From positions 96,001 through 160,000 of the forward strand of contig CAWCBP010000011.1 of the NCBI GenBank assembly GCA_963793865.1: a stretch of DNA of 64,000 nt. Reading direction: 5' to 3'. Made by a program: the position numbers and the translations under genes. The notes beneath the pieces were generated by a model, which worked only from the letters and a program-made list of their open reading frames with translations, had not been told where the DNA came from and did not search any database. This DNA is from an uncultured delta proteobacterium. Its GTDB lineage: Bacteria > Desulfobacterota > WTBG01. Within the stretch, counting starts at the first letter, position 1. Each line of letters opens with the position of its first letter. Of this stretch, positions 40,890-50,696 are shown piece after piece.

Positions 40890-41645
40890 TCAAAATTTTA
40901 CCACCGGCGGAAGGTTGTGGAGCATAAAACTTTCCGCGGGTGCACCGAACTGCATGCCGCCCAGAAAAAAACGGTTTTCCAGGAAGTTGAAGCGAATCCA
41001 CTCCGCCCGCTGCCGGAACATCTCGCTCACCTGATCCGGGGAGGGTTTCATTTCATTTCTTTTGTCCACCAGCTCGAAATATATGGTAAACATGGCCAGG
41101 GCGGCATCGTGAAAGTAATCGAAATCCTCCTCCTCGGGCCCAAAAGCCATTCCCACGCCGTAGCCGACCCCGGTCCCGGCTTTTTTCAGCTGGAACATCT
41201 TCATGTAGCCCTCCGCCAGGTCCTGCAACTCCTTGCCATGCTTTTTTGCAACCGCCTCCATTGCCGTTCTTGCATATCGCCTGTCCTCCTCGAAGGGGAT
41301 TACAGGATAAATGTCGTAGTAGCCGGGGGTATGCTCCTGCCCCGTCTCTGACACATGTTCATAGACGCCCATGGTGAGGGGAACGCAGGGATTGGAGGGA
41401 AAGGTCTGCACCCCGAGCCACTGGATGCTGCTTTCATAGTCCCTTCCCGGTATGGTCACCCGGGCGCTTATGCTGGACACGCAGGCCTTTTCAAATACCG
41501 GGCCTCTGCTGGTGTTTACCTCCACCGTACCCACTTTGGTGGTGAAATCCCATTGCCGCGTTTCAAGGGGAGCTCCCTGGTTGTAACGGGTGATGGTTTC
41601 GATGTACTTCTTCTTGAGGTCAATCAAAAACGGATCGGTAAGCAT
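40890..41645 (-). CDS. Divergent coproporphyrinogen III oxidase (HemF)-fold protein
   Basis: GPVFEKA, FPSNPCVP, DIYP...FEED, RAEWIRFNFLENR, ESFMLHNLPPVVKF parallel HemF motifs, but catalytic positions differ. Confidence 0.7.
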   Translation of the reverse strand: MLTDPFLIDLKKKYIETITRYNQGAPLETRQWDFTTKVGTVEVNTSRGPVFEKACVSSISARVTIPGRDYESSIQWLGVQTFPSNPCVPLTMGVYEHVSETGQEHTPGYYDIYPVIPFEEDRRYARTAMEAVAKKHGKELQDLAEGYMKMFQLKKAGTGVGYGVGMAFGPEEEDFDYFHDAALAMFTIYFELVDKRNEMKPSPDQVSEMFRQRAEWIRFNFLENRFFLGGMQFGAPAESFMLHNLPPVVKF

Positions 41646-41754
41646 ACACATCTCCTGGTAAGTATTGTTTGCGAAGTTCGCGGCTACCATAGCACACTGC
41701 CGGGTAACTGCAAAAATAAAAATGCAGTATTACCATACCGTGGTTGTTTCTTCC

Positions 41755-43550
41755 TTATCGCGGAAAGTACATGGCCTTGCCGAACCGTTTCTTGAATCCG
41801 GGATGGTGCATCAGTTCCACATGGCAGATCTGCCGGGCGAGGGCAGATGCCTTTGTCCGTTCTGAAGTGGACATGAGGCAGCGCAGGGCGCCGGCTCCGG
41901 CTCCGTTTTCCATCGTCCGGATGCGGTCAGTCTTGAAAGGAGGAAACATGCCGATGTCAATGGCCGATGCCGGGTCGAGCACCGTGCCAAATCCTCCGGT
42001 GAGTATTACCTCATCCACTGTTTCCAGGTGATTCCCGTTTTATCGAGGAGGATATCAATTCCTGCGCGAATGGCGGCTTTGGCCAGCTGGATTTCACTGA
42101 TATCCTTCTGGCTGATAGTGATTGCCCTGCCTGTTGCCGTTTGTTCCGGGGGAACCAGGACGAAGGCAACGTTTTCTTGACTGAAACCAGTGTCCCGGCC
42201 GATGGTGAGGCGTCCCTGCCGGTCAATGGTGCCGAGGCGCGAAAGTCCTGCTATGGCATCGAGGATGCCCGATCCGCACAGTCCATGGGGAGGGATTTGG
42301 CCGATGGTATGAAAGGTAACTCCAGTTGTACCTATGCTCACCCTGTCTATGGCTCCGGCGGTTGCCCAGGTGCCGTGAGTGAGATGGCCTCCCTCAAAGG
42401 CGGGGCCTGAGGCACAGGAGATGCTTTTTATCTTGCCCCGGTGCGTCAGGGCCGCTTCAGTATTGGTGCCCACATCCAATGCCAGCACCGTTCTTTCAGT
42501 TTTGTCGATGCCGGCCGCGATGATCATGGCAACATGATCTGAGCCCACGAAACCGCCCACCGGGGGCGGCAGATGTACATAAGCCCCGGGTGCAACCGCC
42601 AATCCCAGGTCACGGGACTTGCAATCAATAGTCTCACGAACGCTGGGCTGATAGGGTGCCCGACCCAGCTGCTGTACCGGCATTCCCAGAAAAATATGGT
42701 GCATGGCGGTATTGCCAACCAGGGTGAGATCGACGATTCTTTCGGGTTCATCGCACAGTGCGGTGATAAGAGTGTTGATGCCGTCAGCTGCCGCCCGGCG
42801 AAGCTCCCGGTCACCCTTTTCAAGAACGCAGGCCATGCGGCTCATGACATCCTCTCCGAAGGCATGCTGGGGATTCATGATCGCACGGGCAGACAGAAGC
42901 GTTCCGTTTTCGAGATCGACCAGATAGCCCGCTATGGTGGTGGTGCCGAGATCGATGGCCAATCCACAGGGTGTGCTGTCGGCCTGGCGGATGGATATGG
43001 CTTCTCTTGCGCGGATGCTGATTCTCAACCTTTCCCGCGCTTTCCCGGAGCGCATCAGGAAGGGAGGCGAGAACCGCGGCATCTGTTCGGTGGCATCCTG
43101 ATGATGCCTTTGCTCAGCTCTGTAAAGCCTCTCCAGATGGCTTGCGCATCATGCGGGATACCGCGTTCAGTCGCCTCGACGGTAAAATCATGCACCGATG
43201 GCTCGATGCGGTACTGCGGGGTCCATCTACCCTGAGAGGGATGGTGAGCTGCGTGAACAAGGGAAGGGAAGGGGAATGTCGACAGTGGTGTCGCCCGCAA
43301 CGCGGACCTGACAGGCCAGTCGATACCCATCGGACAGATCCGTATCAGGAATGTGCTATTATTTCTTCGGCATTCGGCGGTTGCATCTGCTGCCTGAGAG
43401 GATCCTGACCCGGCAGCGGCCGCAGGTGCCGTTTCCTCCGCAGGAGGATTGCAGCAGTATGCCTGCCCGGCGCGCAACCTCGACGAGAGACGTGCCCTTC
43501 TTGCAGGTGACCGAGAGACCGGCGGGTTTGAAGATAACCGTGCAGGGCAT
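41755..43550 (-). CDS. ASKHA-domain reductive activator of corrinoid proteins (RACE/RamA-like) with N-terminal 2Fe-2S domain; several apparent frameshifts
   Basis: CGGNGTCGRC; AIDLGTTT, GEDVMSR, VGNTAMHH, GFVGSD, DVGTNTE, SGPAFEG, IQLAKAAI, GGFG, NGAGAGA. Confidence 0.88.
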
Positions 43551-43559
43551 GATGGAGTG

Positions 43560-44462
43560 CTAAAATATTTTATAGAGGGGGTGTTCCCGGCCGGCAGGTC
43601 GTATTCCGCGCAGCCTTCCACCGTAGGCAAGCAGGGCATCGGTCGCGGCGCACGCCGGATATGCCCAGGGCGCGAAACGCATGGGGCCGTAGAAAAGGAA
43701 GTTTGCGCCCATGAGCTGGGTTGCGGCGAAAACTGCCGCCGCCGCGGCCTGAAAGACCGATTCACCCCGGCCGCGCATCTTCTCCCACTGCAGCAGGGCA
43801 TTGGAAGGAGCGCACCCTGCCGGGTAACCCAGCTCCTCTTTTATCATCTGAATGGCCTGTGCCGTCCAGCTGATGCTGGGAATATCCAGCACGCCGGGAT
43901 CGATCAGCATCTGCTCAATGCCGGCCCGCTCGGCCGCGGGCAGCAGTTTGTCCTTGAGCAGGCTCAGGCGGTCGGCCGGCTTTATGGCCCTGGTGCTGAA
44001 GGCCAGGATGATGGCGCTTTTGACCCCGCATTCCCTGATGCAGGCAAGCTCCTCTTCGGTGAAATCTTCACCGATGGAGTTGTATATCAGCCGGCTGATC
44101 ACCGGAGTTCCGGCAAAATGGCGGAGGGCCTGCAGCCGTGCCTTTTGCGCCGGTGAGTCGACCAGGATGGGGGCTTCGGTATGGTCGGCAATGAACCGGA
44201 TGTAGTTGATCAGCGCCTCGCCGGTATCCCCTATGGGGTCGATGATGCGCGGGTTGGCGGTGGCGCGGGATGCCTCTGCCTCGCGTTCAAGCAGCTGCAG
44301 TGCCTTCCCGGTATCGAACGTCCCTTTGGACGGATCGGTGACAATCCGGTGCCTGCTGAAGAAAATGCTTCCCATGAGCACCGTCGGCCATTCACCCGGC
44401 TGCCCGCCGATGGTCACGCCGGCGATGGAATATACTTTTTGTTCCGCGGAGAATTTTTTCAT
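43560..44462 (-). CDS. MtrH-family methylcorrinoid:pterin methyltransferase
   Basis: IGGQPGEWPTVLMGSIFF, LVDS, IYNSI, GCAPSNA, GANFLFYGP. Confidence 0.88.
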   Translation of the reverse strand: MKKFSAEQKVYSIAGVTIGGQPGEWPTVLMGSIFFSRHRIVTDPSKGTFDTGKALQLLEREAEASRATANPRIIDPIGDTGEALINYIRFIADHTEAPILVDSPAQKARLQALRHFAGTPVISRLIYNSIGEDFTEEELACIRECGVKSAIILAFSTRAIKPADRLSLLKDKLLPAAERAGIEQMLIDPGVLDIPSISWTAQAIQMIKEELGYPAGCAPSNALLQWEKMRGRGESVFQAAAAAVFAATQLMGANFLFYGPMRFAPWAYPACAATDALLAYGGRLRGIRPAGREHPLYKIF

Positions 44463-45804
44463 TGTTGTCGGTTCCGTTTAGCTGACCGGGCAACCCCCGA
44501 CCCCCGGACATGGCGGCTATATATTCCTGAAGCGACTCCCGCTCGGGTACGGTAACCGCAATCTCATCCGGGTCTTTTCCCGGCGGCAGATTACTGCAGG
44601 CGCGGGTTGCTGCCACTGCGGTGTGTATATGGCGGGGCGGCGTGTCGGCCGGTATATTGGCAAGCACGATGGCCAGGTTGTGGGCCTTGCCCAGCACCTT
44701 GATAAATCGTTTGACCGCCCCGACAATCCGTTCCGGGGGGCCGTCCCTGAGCAGACGGGCATTCAGGTTGGCCATGATGGATGCGCGTATTCCCCTGTCC
44801 TGGTATTTCTTCAGGTATTCCACGACCGGCTCCAGGGGATATTCGTGCCAGCGTCCCATGCCCAGGATAAGCATGGGCGTGTTCAGCAGGAGTTTCTGCT
44901 GGATGGCAAAGCACCGGTGAAGGATCTGCTTGTCAAACTTTTCAATCCGCTCCTCGCAGTAATCTCCCCCGCCTCCCGCCGCCATGGTAATAAGGCCGAA
45001 GTCGGTGCATTTCTTAAAGAGCCGGTCTGCGTAGGGGACAACCCACTGCTCGGTGAGTTCGGGGGTGAGGTTGGGAAACACCGCCCAGGCGTCGGCGCCG
45101 GTTGCCGCCTTGATGCCGCAGTATTTTTTCTGAACCTTCAGATAGGAGGCGAGGACTTCATCGACGAGGAAGGTCAGGAGGTCATGGGCAAACCCGGGAT
45201 CCTTGCGCAGGTCCCTTATCAGCTTCGGGTAGGTTCGCAGCGAGACCGCGAGGCTGAACGGCGCGCTGAACTTGCCGGTGGCGAATCCCATTTCGGCATT
45301 CATCCTGATGACCTCGAGGATGAAAGGAATGCGTGCCGCCCTTTCCCAGTCCGGCACCCTGACCTTCTTCAGGTCGGCGGTTTCCCTGATCAGGGGTTCG
45401 CGGGAATCAATGTCGGGCATGGCATGGTCGCTGTGAATCATCTTCTGCCCCAGTGCCTCCGCCTCGTAATTGTAGGTGTCTCCTCCCCCGGTGGCAGCGT
45501 CAAGGCGGTAATAGGCTGAGACCGCCGCTATGGTAGAAATGTGCGTCCGGGCATCGGAGTAAAACTTCTGTGCCGGGACGCCGGCCAGAAACATGGCGTG
45601 GTCGTACATCTGAGCCATGACCGGGATGGGGTTCTTTGCCCCTGACGCGCCTGCCATCCACCAGGTCCCGGGATCCGAAGGGTCGGGCTGCACCCCCTTC
45701 CGTACCTTCGGGGTGAGCAGCGACGGGCCGCTTCCGGTCCTCATGGTGCTGAGACGGATGAGCAGCGGCAGCGATGACCTGATGAGCATGCCTCGTATTC
45801 CCAT
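44392..45804 (-). CDS. UroD/MtaA-family corrinoid methyltransferase-like protein (true stop may be near 44478)
   Basis: DTYNYEAEALG, AARIPFILE, APFSLA, PELTEQWVVPY, DTPPRHIH; lies between corrinoid protein and MtrH genes. Confidence 0.78.
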   Translation of the reverse strand: MGIRGMLIRSSLPLLIRLSTMRTGSGPSLLTPKVRKGVQPDPSDPGTWWMAGASGAKNPIPVMAQMYDHAMFLAGVPAQKFYSDARTHISTIAAVSAYYRLDAATGGGDTYNYEAEALGQKMIHSDHAMPDIDSREPLIRETADLKKVRVPDWERAARIPFILEVIRMNAEMGFATGKFSAPFSLAVSLRTYPKLIRDLRKDPGFAHDLLTFLVDEVLASYLKVQKKYCGIKAATGADAWAVFPNLTPELTEQWVVPYADRLFKKCTDFGLITMAAGGGGDYCEERIEKFDKQILHRCFAIQQKLLLNTPMLILGMGRWHEYPLEPVVEYLKKYQDRGIRASIMANLNARLLRDGPPERIVGAVKRFIKVLGKAHNLAIVLANIPADTPPRHIHTAVAATRACSNLPPGKDPDEIAVTVPERESLQEYIAAMSGGRGLPGQLNGTDNNEKILRGTKSIFHRRRDHRRAAG

Positions 45805-45805
45805 C

Positions 45806-46450
45806 TCATTTCTCCATCAGCGCGCGGGCCTTTTCCACCGCATCCAGCGCATCTTTACCCCATGCGTCAGCGCCGACCTCGTCGGCAAATGACTGGGTGG
45901 TGGGGACGCCGCCAACCATTACCTTGATCCCGCCTCTCAAGCCGTTTTCGCTCAGTCCCTTCATCACCTCGTGCAGTTCCAGCATGGTGGTGGTCATGTA
46001 ACAGCCGATGCCGAGAATATGAGGTTTCAGATCTTTCACCTTCTCAATGAAGGTCGGGGTTGGGACGTCAACACCCAGGTCTATCACCTCGAATCCCGCC
46101 CCGGTGAGCATTGCCGCGACAATATTTTTCCCCAGATCGTGCATGTCACCGGCAACCACGCCCATGAGATATCTTCCCCGGCTGTCCGCGGCAAGGGCGG
46201 CAAGATGCGGCTCCACCGCGTTCATTGCCGCCTTGAAGGCCTCGGTGCTCAGGACCACGTCAGGCATGAAGTAGACATTTTCCTTCCACAGCTCGCCGGT
46301 CCGTTCAATGCCGGGCACGATGGCCTCTTTGACCACCGCGAGGGGACTGACCCCCTGATGAAGGGCTGCGCCCGCATGCGCCTGCGCGGCGTCTTCATCA
46401 CCTTCAATAATTGCCTGCTTCACTTGTTCCAGGATGGTGGACACGCGCAT
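45806..46450 (-). CDS. Corrinoid (B12-binding) protein
   Basis: GDMHDLGKNIV, DLGVDVP, VMVGG..T, GADAWGKDA. Confidence 0.93.
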   Translation of the reverse strand: MRVSTILEQVKQAIIEGDEDAAQAHAGAALHQGVSPLAVVKEAIVPGIERTGELWKENVYFMPDVVLSTEAFKAAMNAVEPHLAALAADSRGRYLMGVVAGDMHDLGKNIVAAMLTGAGFEVIDLGVDVPTPTFIEKVKDLKPHILGIGCYMTTTMLELHEVMKGLSENGLRGGIKVMVGGVPTTQSFADEVGADAWGKDALDAVEKARALMEK

Positions 46451-46540
46451 ACCTCCTCTGAAAGTGGATTATATTCTTACGAACGCAGTTAGGTGATGTA
46501 CTGCGGTTGGTAACTTGTCTCCCGCATATGCATGATCCCT

Positions 46541-46582
46541 GGAGCGGCTTTGCCGCGATTTATCGCGCATGAAGCGTCTACC
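46541..46582. repeat. Degenerate REP doublet
   Basis: ggagcggctttgccgcga tt tatcgcgcatgaagcgtctacc, closely similar to 4414-4465. Confidence 0.65.
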
Positions 46583-46645
46583 GCGGTAGGTATAAAAAAT
46601 ATTGTTACTAACGATTGCCGTTGTTTATCACAGGTTTCTCTCAGG

Positions 46646-47642
46646 TCAAAAATTATAGCAAATCCGGTAATCACTTTTTTCATAGATCCGTGGGTCGGGT
46701 TCGGTGTAGCGGCGCTGCTTTTCACGGCATGCCTTAAGGAAATCAGGGTCAATGTTCCGCCGTTACTAATCCTGTGATGCCTTCCGTTATGCACGCATGA
46801 CCGATCCGTCGGGAGCCGACAATGGTAGAACCGCCGCCGAACCGGATGCGTTGCGCTTTGCCGCGAACCATCGCTGTTTCCCGCGCTGGAACGGCGGAAA
46901 GCCAGTAGACGCCATGCGTGTAGGCGAGAGCCTGGCGTATGGCCTGGTAGGGTGGATAGCCGGGCCCATTGTGCTGGGCGGTGGGATGAAGGATAATCTC
47001 GGCGCCTTTCCTGCGCAATGTTGCCGTCGCTTCAGGAACGAGAAACTCGGTTTCTACCAGACAGCCCAGCCTGCCCGCGGGTGTTTCCGCCACGGGGAGA
47101 ATGGCATCAGGGCCAAAGTGATCGGTATATTCTTTATGGAAATCTTTGAGCAGGGTGATTCCGGGGGAGGTCGGTGCCTGCGTCTTGGGAGAGCGCAGGA
47201 CCAGCCCTTCGGGTCCCAGTATGAAACCGGTGTGAAAATACCTGCCGGGGAAGGCGGTGATTTTCTCAACGCAGGAGGAGGAGATGTAGCAGGAGTATGT
47301 GGCACAAACCCTGAGCAGCGGGTCAAGCCTTGCATCATGCGAGAGGTTCACGGCAATCGCTTCCGGGTCAACCCGGGGGGCGATGCCGAGCTTTTGCAGC
47401 ACTGCTCCAATGCCTGTGAGGCAGAGAACAGGAAGGACGATAATCCGCGGGGTGACACCGGCGGAAGGGATAAGCTCTTCAATAAGCCGGGCGGTGCGCC
47501 GGGCATTTCTCTCAACCATCTCGCCGGTGACCAGGGCGTCACCGAACCCCCGCAGCTCCATTTGAACAACTGCCGCTGTCAGCCCCCTGTTCTTTATACA
47601 CGCGCCGTTTTGATCAGGATTCAATGTTTCATCGATATCCAC
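46646..47642 (-). CDS. Nitrilase-superfamily (carbon-nitrogen hydrolase) protein, atypical; frameshifts near the 3' end
   Basis: AAVVQ, YFHTGFILGPEG..RSPK, ETPAGRLG, KGAEIILHP, GGGSTIV; alternative frame gives ..IDPDFLKACRE..*. Confidence 0.72.
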
Positions 47643-47726
47643 GCTTAATCACCGGGTTTTTTATTGCGTATCAATGTTGCTTGATTCATGAATGCTCAGG
47701 AATGTACCCCAATATTTTATATGCAG

Positions 47727-47762
47727 AGAGGGTGCTTAACACTTTTTTGCTAAGCACCCTCT
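47727..47762 (-). terminator. Stem-loop downstream of the DUF1329 gene
   Basis: agagggtgctta ... taagcaccctct 12-bp stem. Confidence 0.55.
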
Positions 47763-47786
47763 TGGCATGTGAGTTGTCAGACGTGA

Positions 47787-49040
47787 CTACCGCCCATATT
47801 CCTGCAGGTACTTGAAGGTGAAAATGTCTCGTTCAAATTCCACGCCGAATTCCTGTGTGGCTTGCGCGACGGTGGAATGAATGCGCTGCACGTCAATCAT
47901 CTGATTGCCGTTAAAATGCCCGAATTGCACGCCGCCGTACCCCTTGCCCACCATGCCATGCTGGTCCAGCACCTTCCATAATCTTCCCCGCCGGTCATAC
48001 CGGTCGGAATAGAGTATCTGCCAGCTTTCGGGGTCGAGATACCAGACCGACTTTTGGTAGAAAAAGTTGGGGTCTTTGCTCACCGCTTCAATCACCTGAG
48101 CTTTTACCCGTTCTCTCTGGGTGCCGTCCATGATACAATCGCCCGGCGTGTGGACCAGTTTGGAGTTATCGTTGTGGCGCACCAGCAGCAGATCCTTGGC
48201 GCCGACATAGGTGTAGGTGTTTTCCTGAATTTCGCCATCCCATCCCAGATTGTCGTACGCGGCGTTGTCTCCACCGCCCTTGGGGTCCTGCCGCTCGGTG
48301 GTGGAACTGCGCCGCACCCTGCGGATGGATGGTGTCCACATCCAGCGGTCATAGGGCTTGGTGCGGTCGATGTAATGTATCTCCAGTATCCGCATGTCCC
48401 GCACTTCCGGCGGATCAATCTGTTCCATGGTAAAGGTCCGCCAGATTCTTTTGGGGTTCGGAGTGAGCTCCGGCACCGGCAGGGCATCGGTGCGGCCGGC
48501 GAAAAAGCACATCTTGTTTCTGATCAGGATGCTCATGTCATACTTCAGCCGCCCGTCGACAATAAACCCCTTCTCTTCGCTTTGGTATGAATCACCGAAG
48601 CTGCGGCAGCGAAAGTTGTGCGCCATCTCGATTGCTGTCGTGGTGTCCGGGAAAGGAACACCGGATACAAAGTTCAACAACTCACCATCGGGTCCCAACG
48701 TGGATTTGCCGTATTGTTCCTTGGTAAACTTGATGTTGCCGGGTGTAACCGGAACCTGGCGGTAGGGAACAATTTCGAACCAGCTTTCTCCCCACCGGTC
48801 AGTTTCTTTCATGATGGTATATAAAGTTTCGGGCAAAAACTCCTTTACCTCATCTACATTGGCGCTACTGATCTTCTTGCCTGCCCACGTTTTCTCCCAT
48901 GCCTGCACTTTGGCCAGTTCTGCACCCTGATAACAGGGGACCGGGTACTGAAGATCCTTGGCCAGCCCGGCAACAGGTGCCAGCAGCAGGCAGATCAGCC
49001 CCAGGAGAGAAAGCATTGTCGTGAATGTACGCTGTAGCAT
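47787..49040 (-). CDS. DUF1329 family periplasmic protein (LolA-like)
   Basis: Signal peptide; GVPFP, WMWTPSIRRVRR, YLDPESW..DRYDRRGRLWK. Confidence 0.88.
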   Translation of the reverse strand: MLQRTFTTMLSLLGLICLLLAPVAGLAKDLQYPVPCYQGAELAKVQAWEKTWAGKKISSANVDEVKEFLPETLYTIMKETDRWGESWFEIVPYRQVPVTPGNIKFTKEQYGKSTLGPDGELLNFVSGVPFPDTTTAIEMAHNFRCRSFGDSYQSEEKGFIVDGRLKYDMSILIRNKMCFFAGRTDALPVPELTPNPKRIWRTFTMEQIDPPEVRDMRILEIHYIDRTKPYDRWMWTPSIRRVRRSSTTERQDPKGGGDNAAYDNLGWDGEIQENTYTYVGAKDLLLVRHNDNSKLVHTPGDCIMDGTQRERVKAQVIEAVSKDPNFFYQKSVWYLDPESWQILYSDRYDRRGRLWKVLDQHGMVGKGYGGVQFGHFNGNQMIDVQRIHSTVAQATQEFGVEFERDIFTFKYLQEYGR

Positions 49041-49061
49041 GGTTACCTCCCTTCCTCGCCG

Positions 49062-50579
49062 TTAGAATTCGTAAGTGATATCGAACAGTACGAAATCCAG
49101 ATTCTCTATGATGCTTCCGTAATCAATGTAATTGATGTACCGAACCATGTACGTCCAGCTGAAGGTGGGCTTAAATGCGATGGTGGGCGCGTAAAACGAC
49201 CGGCCGTCGTCGATGGCATGCGAGAGATAGACGGCAGGGATGATCCGGCTGTTCCAGAAGTCATAGGAGAACGACTGGGTGACGGTTGAGGCATGGTGCC
49301 TTGTCGGGCCATAGGTAACCCAAGGGTAGATGAAGTCATCCCGGTGTTTGCCCGGAACCCACTCCATGAAGAGCTGGGTGGAGGAGGAGAGCTTTCTGTT
49401 CCGGTTCCAGGTTGAAAGCCAGGGAATTTGAATGTAGGTGTCCCATCCGAGCACGAAGGCGTATCGGTTGTGTTCGGTAACATTCGGGGTGTACCCGCGG
49501 TCGTGGTCCTTATCAAGTTCCAGGACAAATTCGCCGCGCCAGATGTTTCCGGACATGTTGAAGGAGGGGACGCCGGGAAGCAGGGTGAACTGCTTGTTAA
49601 TGGGTTTGTTGAAGGTGAAGCCAATGGTGCTCTGATGGCCAAACTCCGTGACGTCCTCGGCCCTGCCTCTGCCGAGAAGAACCGGAAGCTGTGACGCAAC
49701 ACCTTGGCCCTCTCTCACGATTCCGGTGGGATTGCGATGGTAGAGGTACTGGAGGGACCAGTCGAATCCATAGGTGAGACCCCTTATCCTGAATCCCAAA
49801 GCGGGATCGTGGTATCCGATATCATCCGCATCGCGATAGGCAGGCTTGAATAGTTCGTTGGGATTTTTCAGAGAATTCATGGTTGGCGGATGGGTGAGAT
49901 GATAACCCGCGGGCCAGCCCCGGTTAGGCTCAAAATCGGGGATGACCAGGAATTCGAAAAACATATCCTGCCAGAAGTCGGGCGGGGTGATGGTGAGCCG
50001 CGCCATCCACAGCCCCCGCTTGATTTCATCAAAGTCGGGATAGGCAGGATTGAGATTGCCCCGTGCATCTATGGGATTGACCACGTCCGCCATCCGCTCA
50101 AAGCCGGCTTCACCCCAGGAAATGATCTGCTTCCCAAGGCGTATCTGCCAGACCGGATTGGTCAGTTCTACATAGAGTTCCCTGCAGATGTCGGTGAATG
50201 ATTCATAGGATTTGAGTTCTTCTATTGCACGGGAATTACCTCCGCTCCCCCATCTTAAGTAATCCTCGTAACCGCTATCGATATCGTGGGCGGCATCATA
50301 GAAATTGGTAAAAACACTGTAGAAGGTCAGGTCATACTTGTCGCCCTTGAGGGCATCCCATCGTGTCTCCAGCTTAAACGTGCTTCTTAAGTGAAAGAAA
50401 TCATAATCATACAGTTCATAGGGCCTTTTGTTTTTGGTCCTCACGGCGAGCTGTTCAGATGCCTTCCCGTGAATGACCAAGTCCCCGTCCAGATACTCAA
50501 GGGCTCGGACCTCATTCACCGCAACGAGAGAGGCCGCAAAAAGAATGCATAGACTAATTACCAGGATCCTCTGTTTCAT
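49062..50579 (-). CDS. DUF1302 family outer-membrane protein
   Basis: Signal peptide; RELYV..RLGKQIISWGE..DVVNPID; C-terminal YEF. Confidence 0.82.
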   Translation of the reverse strand: MKQRILVISLCILFAASLVAVNEVRALEYLDGDLVIHGKASEQLAVRTKNKRPYELYDYDFFHLRSTFKLETRWDALKGDKYDLTFYSVFTNFYDAAHDIDSGYEDYLRWGSGGNSRAIEELKSYESFTDICRELYVELTNPVWQIRLGKQIISWGEAGFERMADVVNPIDARGNLNPAYPDFDEIKRGLWMARLTITPPDFWQDMFFEFLVIPDFEPNRGWPAGYHLTHPPTMNSLKNPNELFKPAYRDADDIGYHDPALGFRIRGLTYGFDWSLQYLYHRNPTGIVREGQGVASQLPVLLGRGRAEDVTEFGHQSTIGFTFNKPINKQFTLLPGVPSFNMSGNIWRGEFVLELDKDHDRGYTPNVTEHNRYAFVLGWDTYIQIPWLSTWNRNRKLSSSTQLFMEWVPGKHRDDFIYPWVTYGPTRHHASTVTQSFSYDFWNSRIIPAVYLSHAIDDGRSFYAPTIAFKPTFSWTYMVRYINYIDYGSIIENLDFVLFDITYEF

Positions 50580-50696
50580 TGTTCCCTCCTTTCAATGACA
50601 AGAAACCGGTTTGAGGAGTTTCAAAGCCTCGAACTTTCCCTATTATCTCAGCAATTCAAAAGTACTCCTGCTGGAATAAAAGTAAAGAGTTTTATT

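Noticed and set aside
40890..41645. Naming this gene hemF
   Set aside because: Key catalytic residues appear substituted and the context is anaerobic and catabolic; only the fold is supported.
41755..43550. Programmed ribosomal frameshifting in the ASKHA, MMPL or LVIVD genes
   Set aside because: Multiple shifts per gene without consistent slippery sites; error or decay is more parsimonious.
43560..44462. Methanogen Mtr complex / archaeal origin
   Set aside because: Only the MtrH-family gene is present, within a bacterial corrinoid module; surrounding genes (lpxH, OmpA, sigma54 activator) are Gram-negative bacterial.
46451..46645. Cobalamin riboswitch upstream of the corrinoid protein gene
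   Set aside because: No B12-box consensus recognised; the region is explained by a REP doublet and AT-rich promoter DNA.
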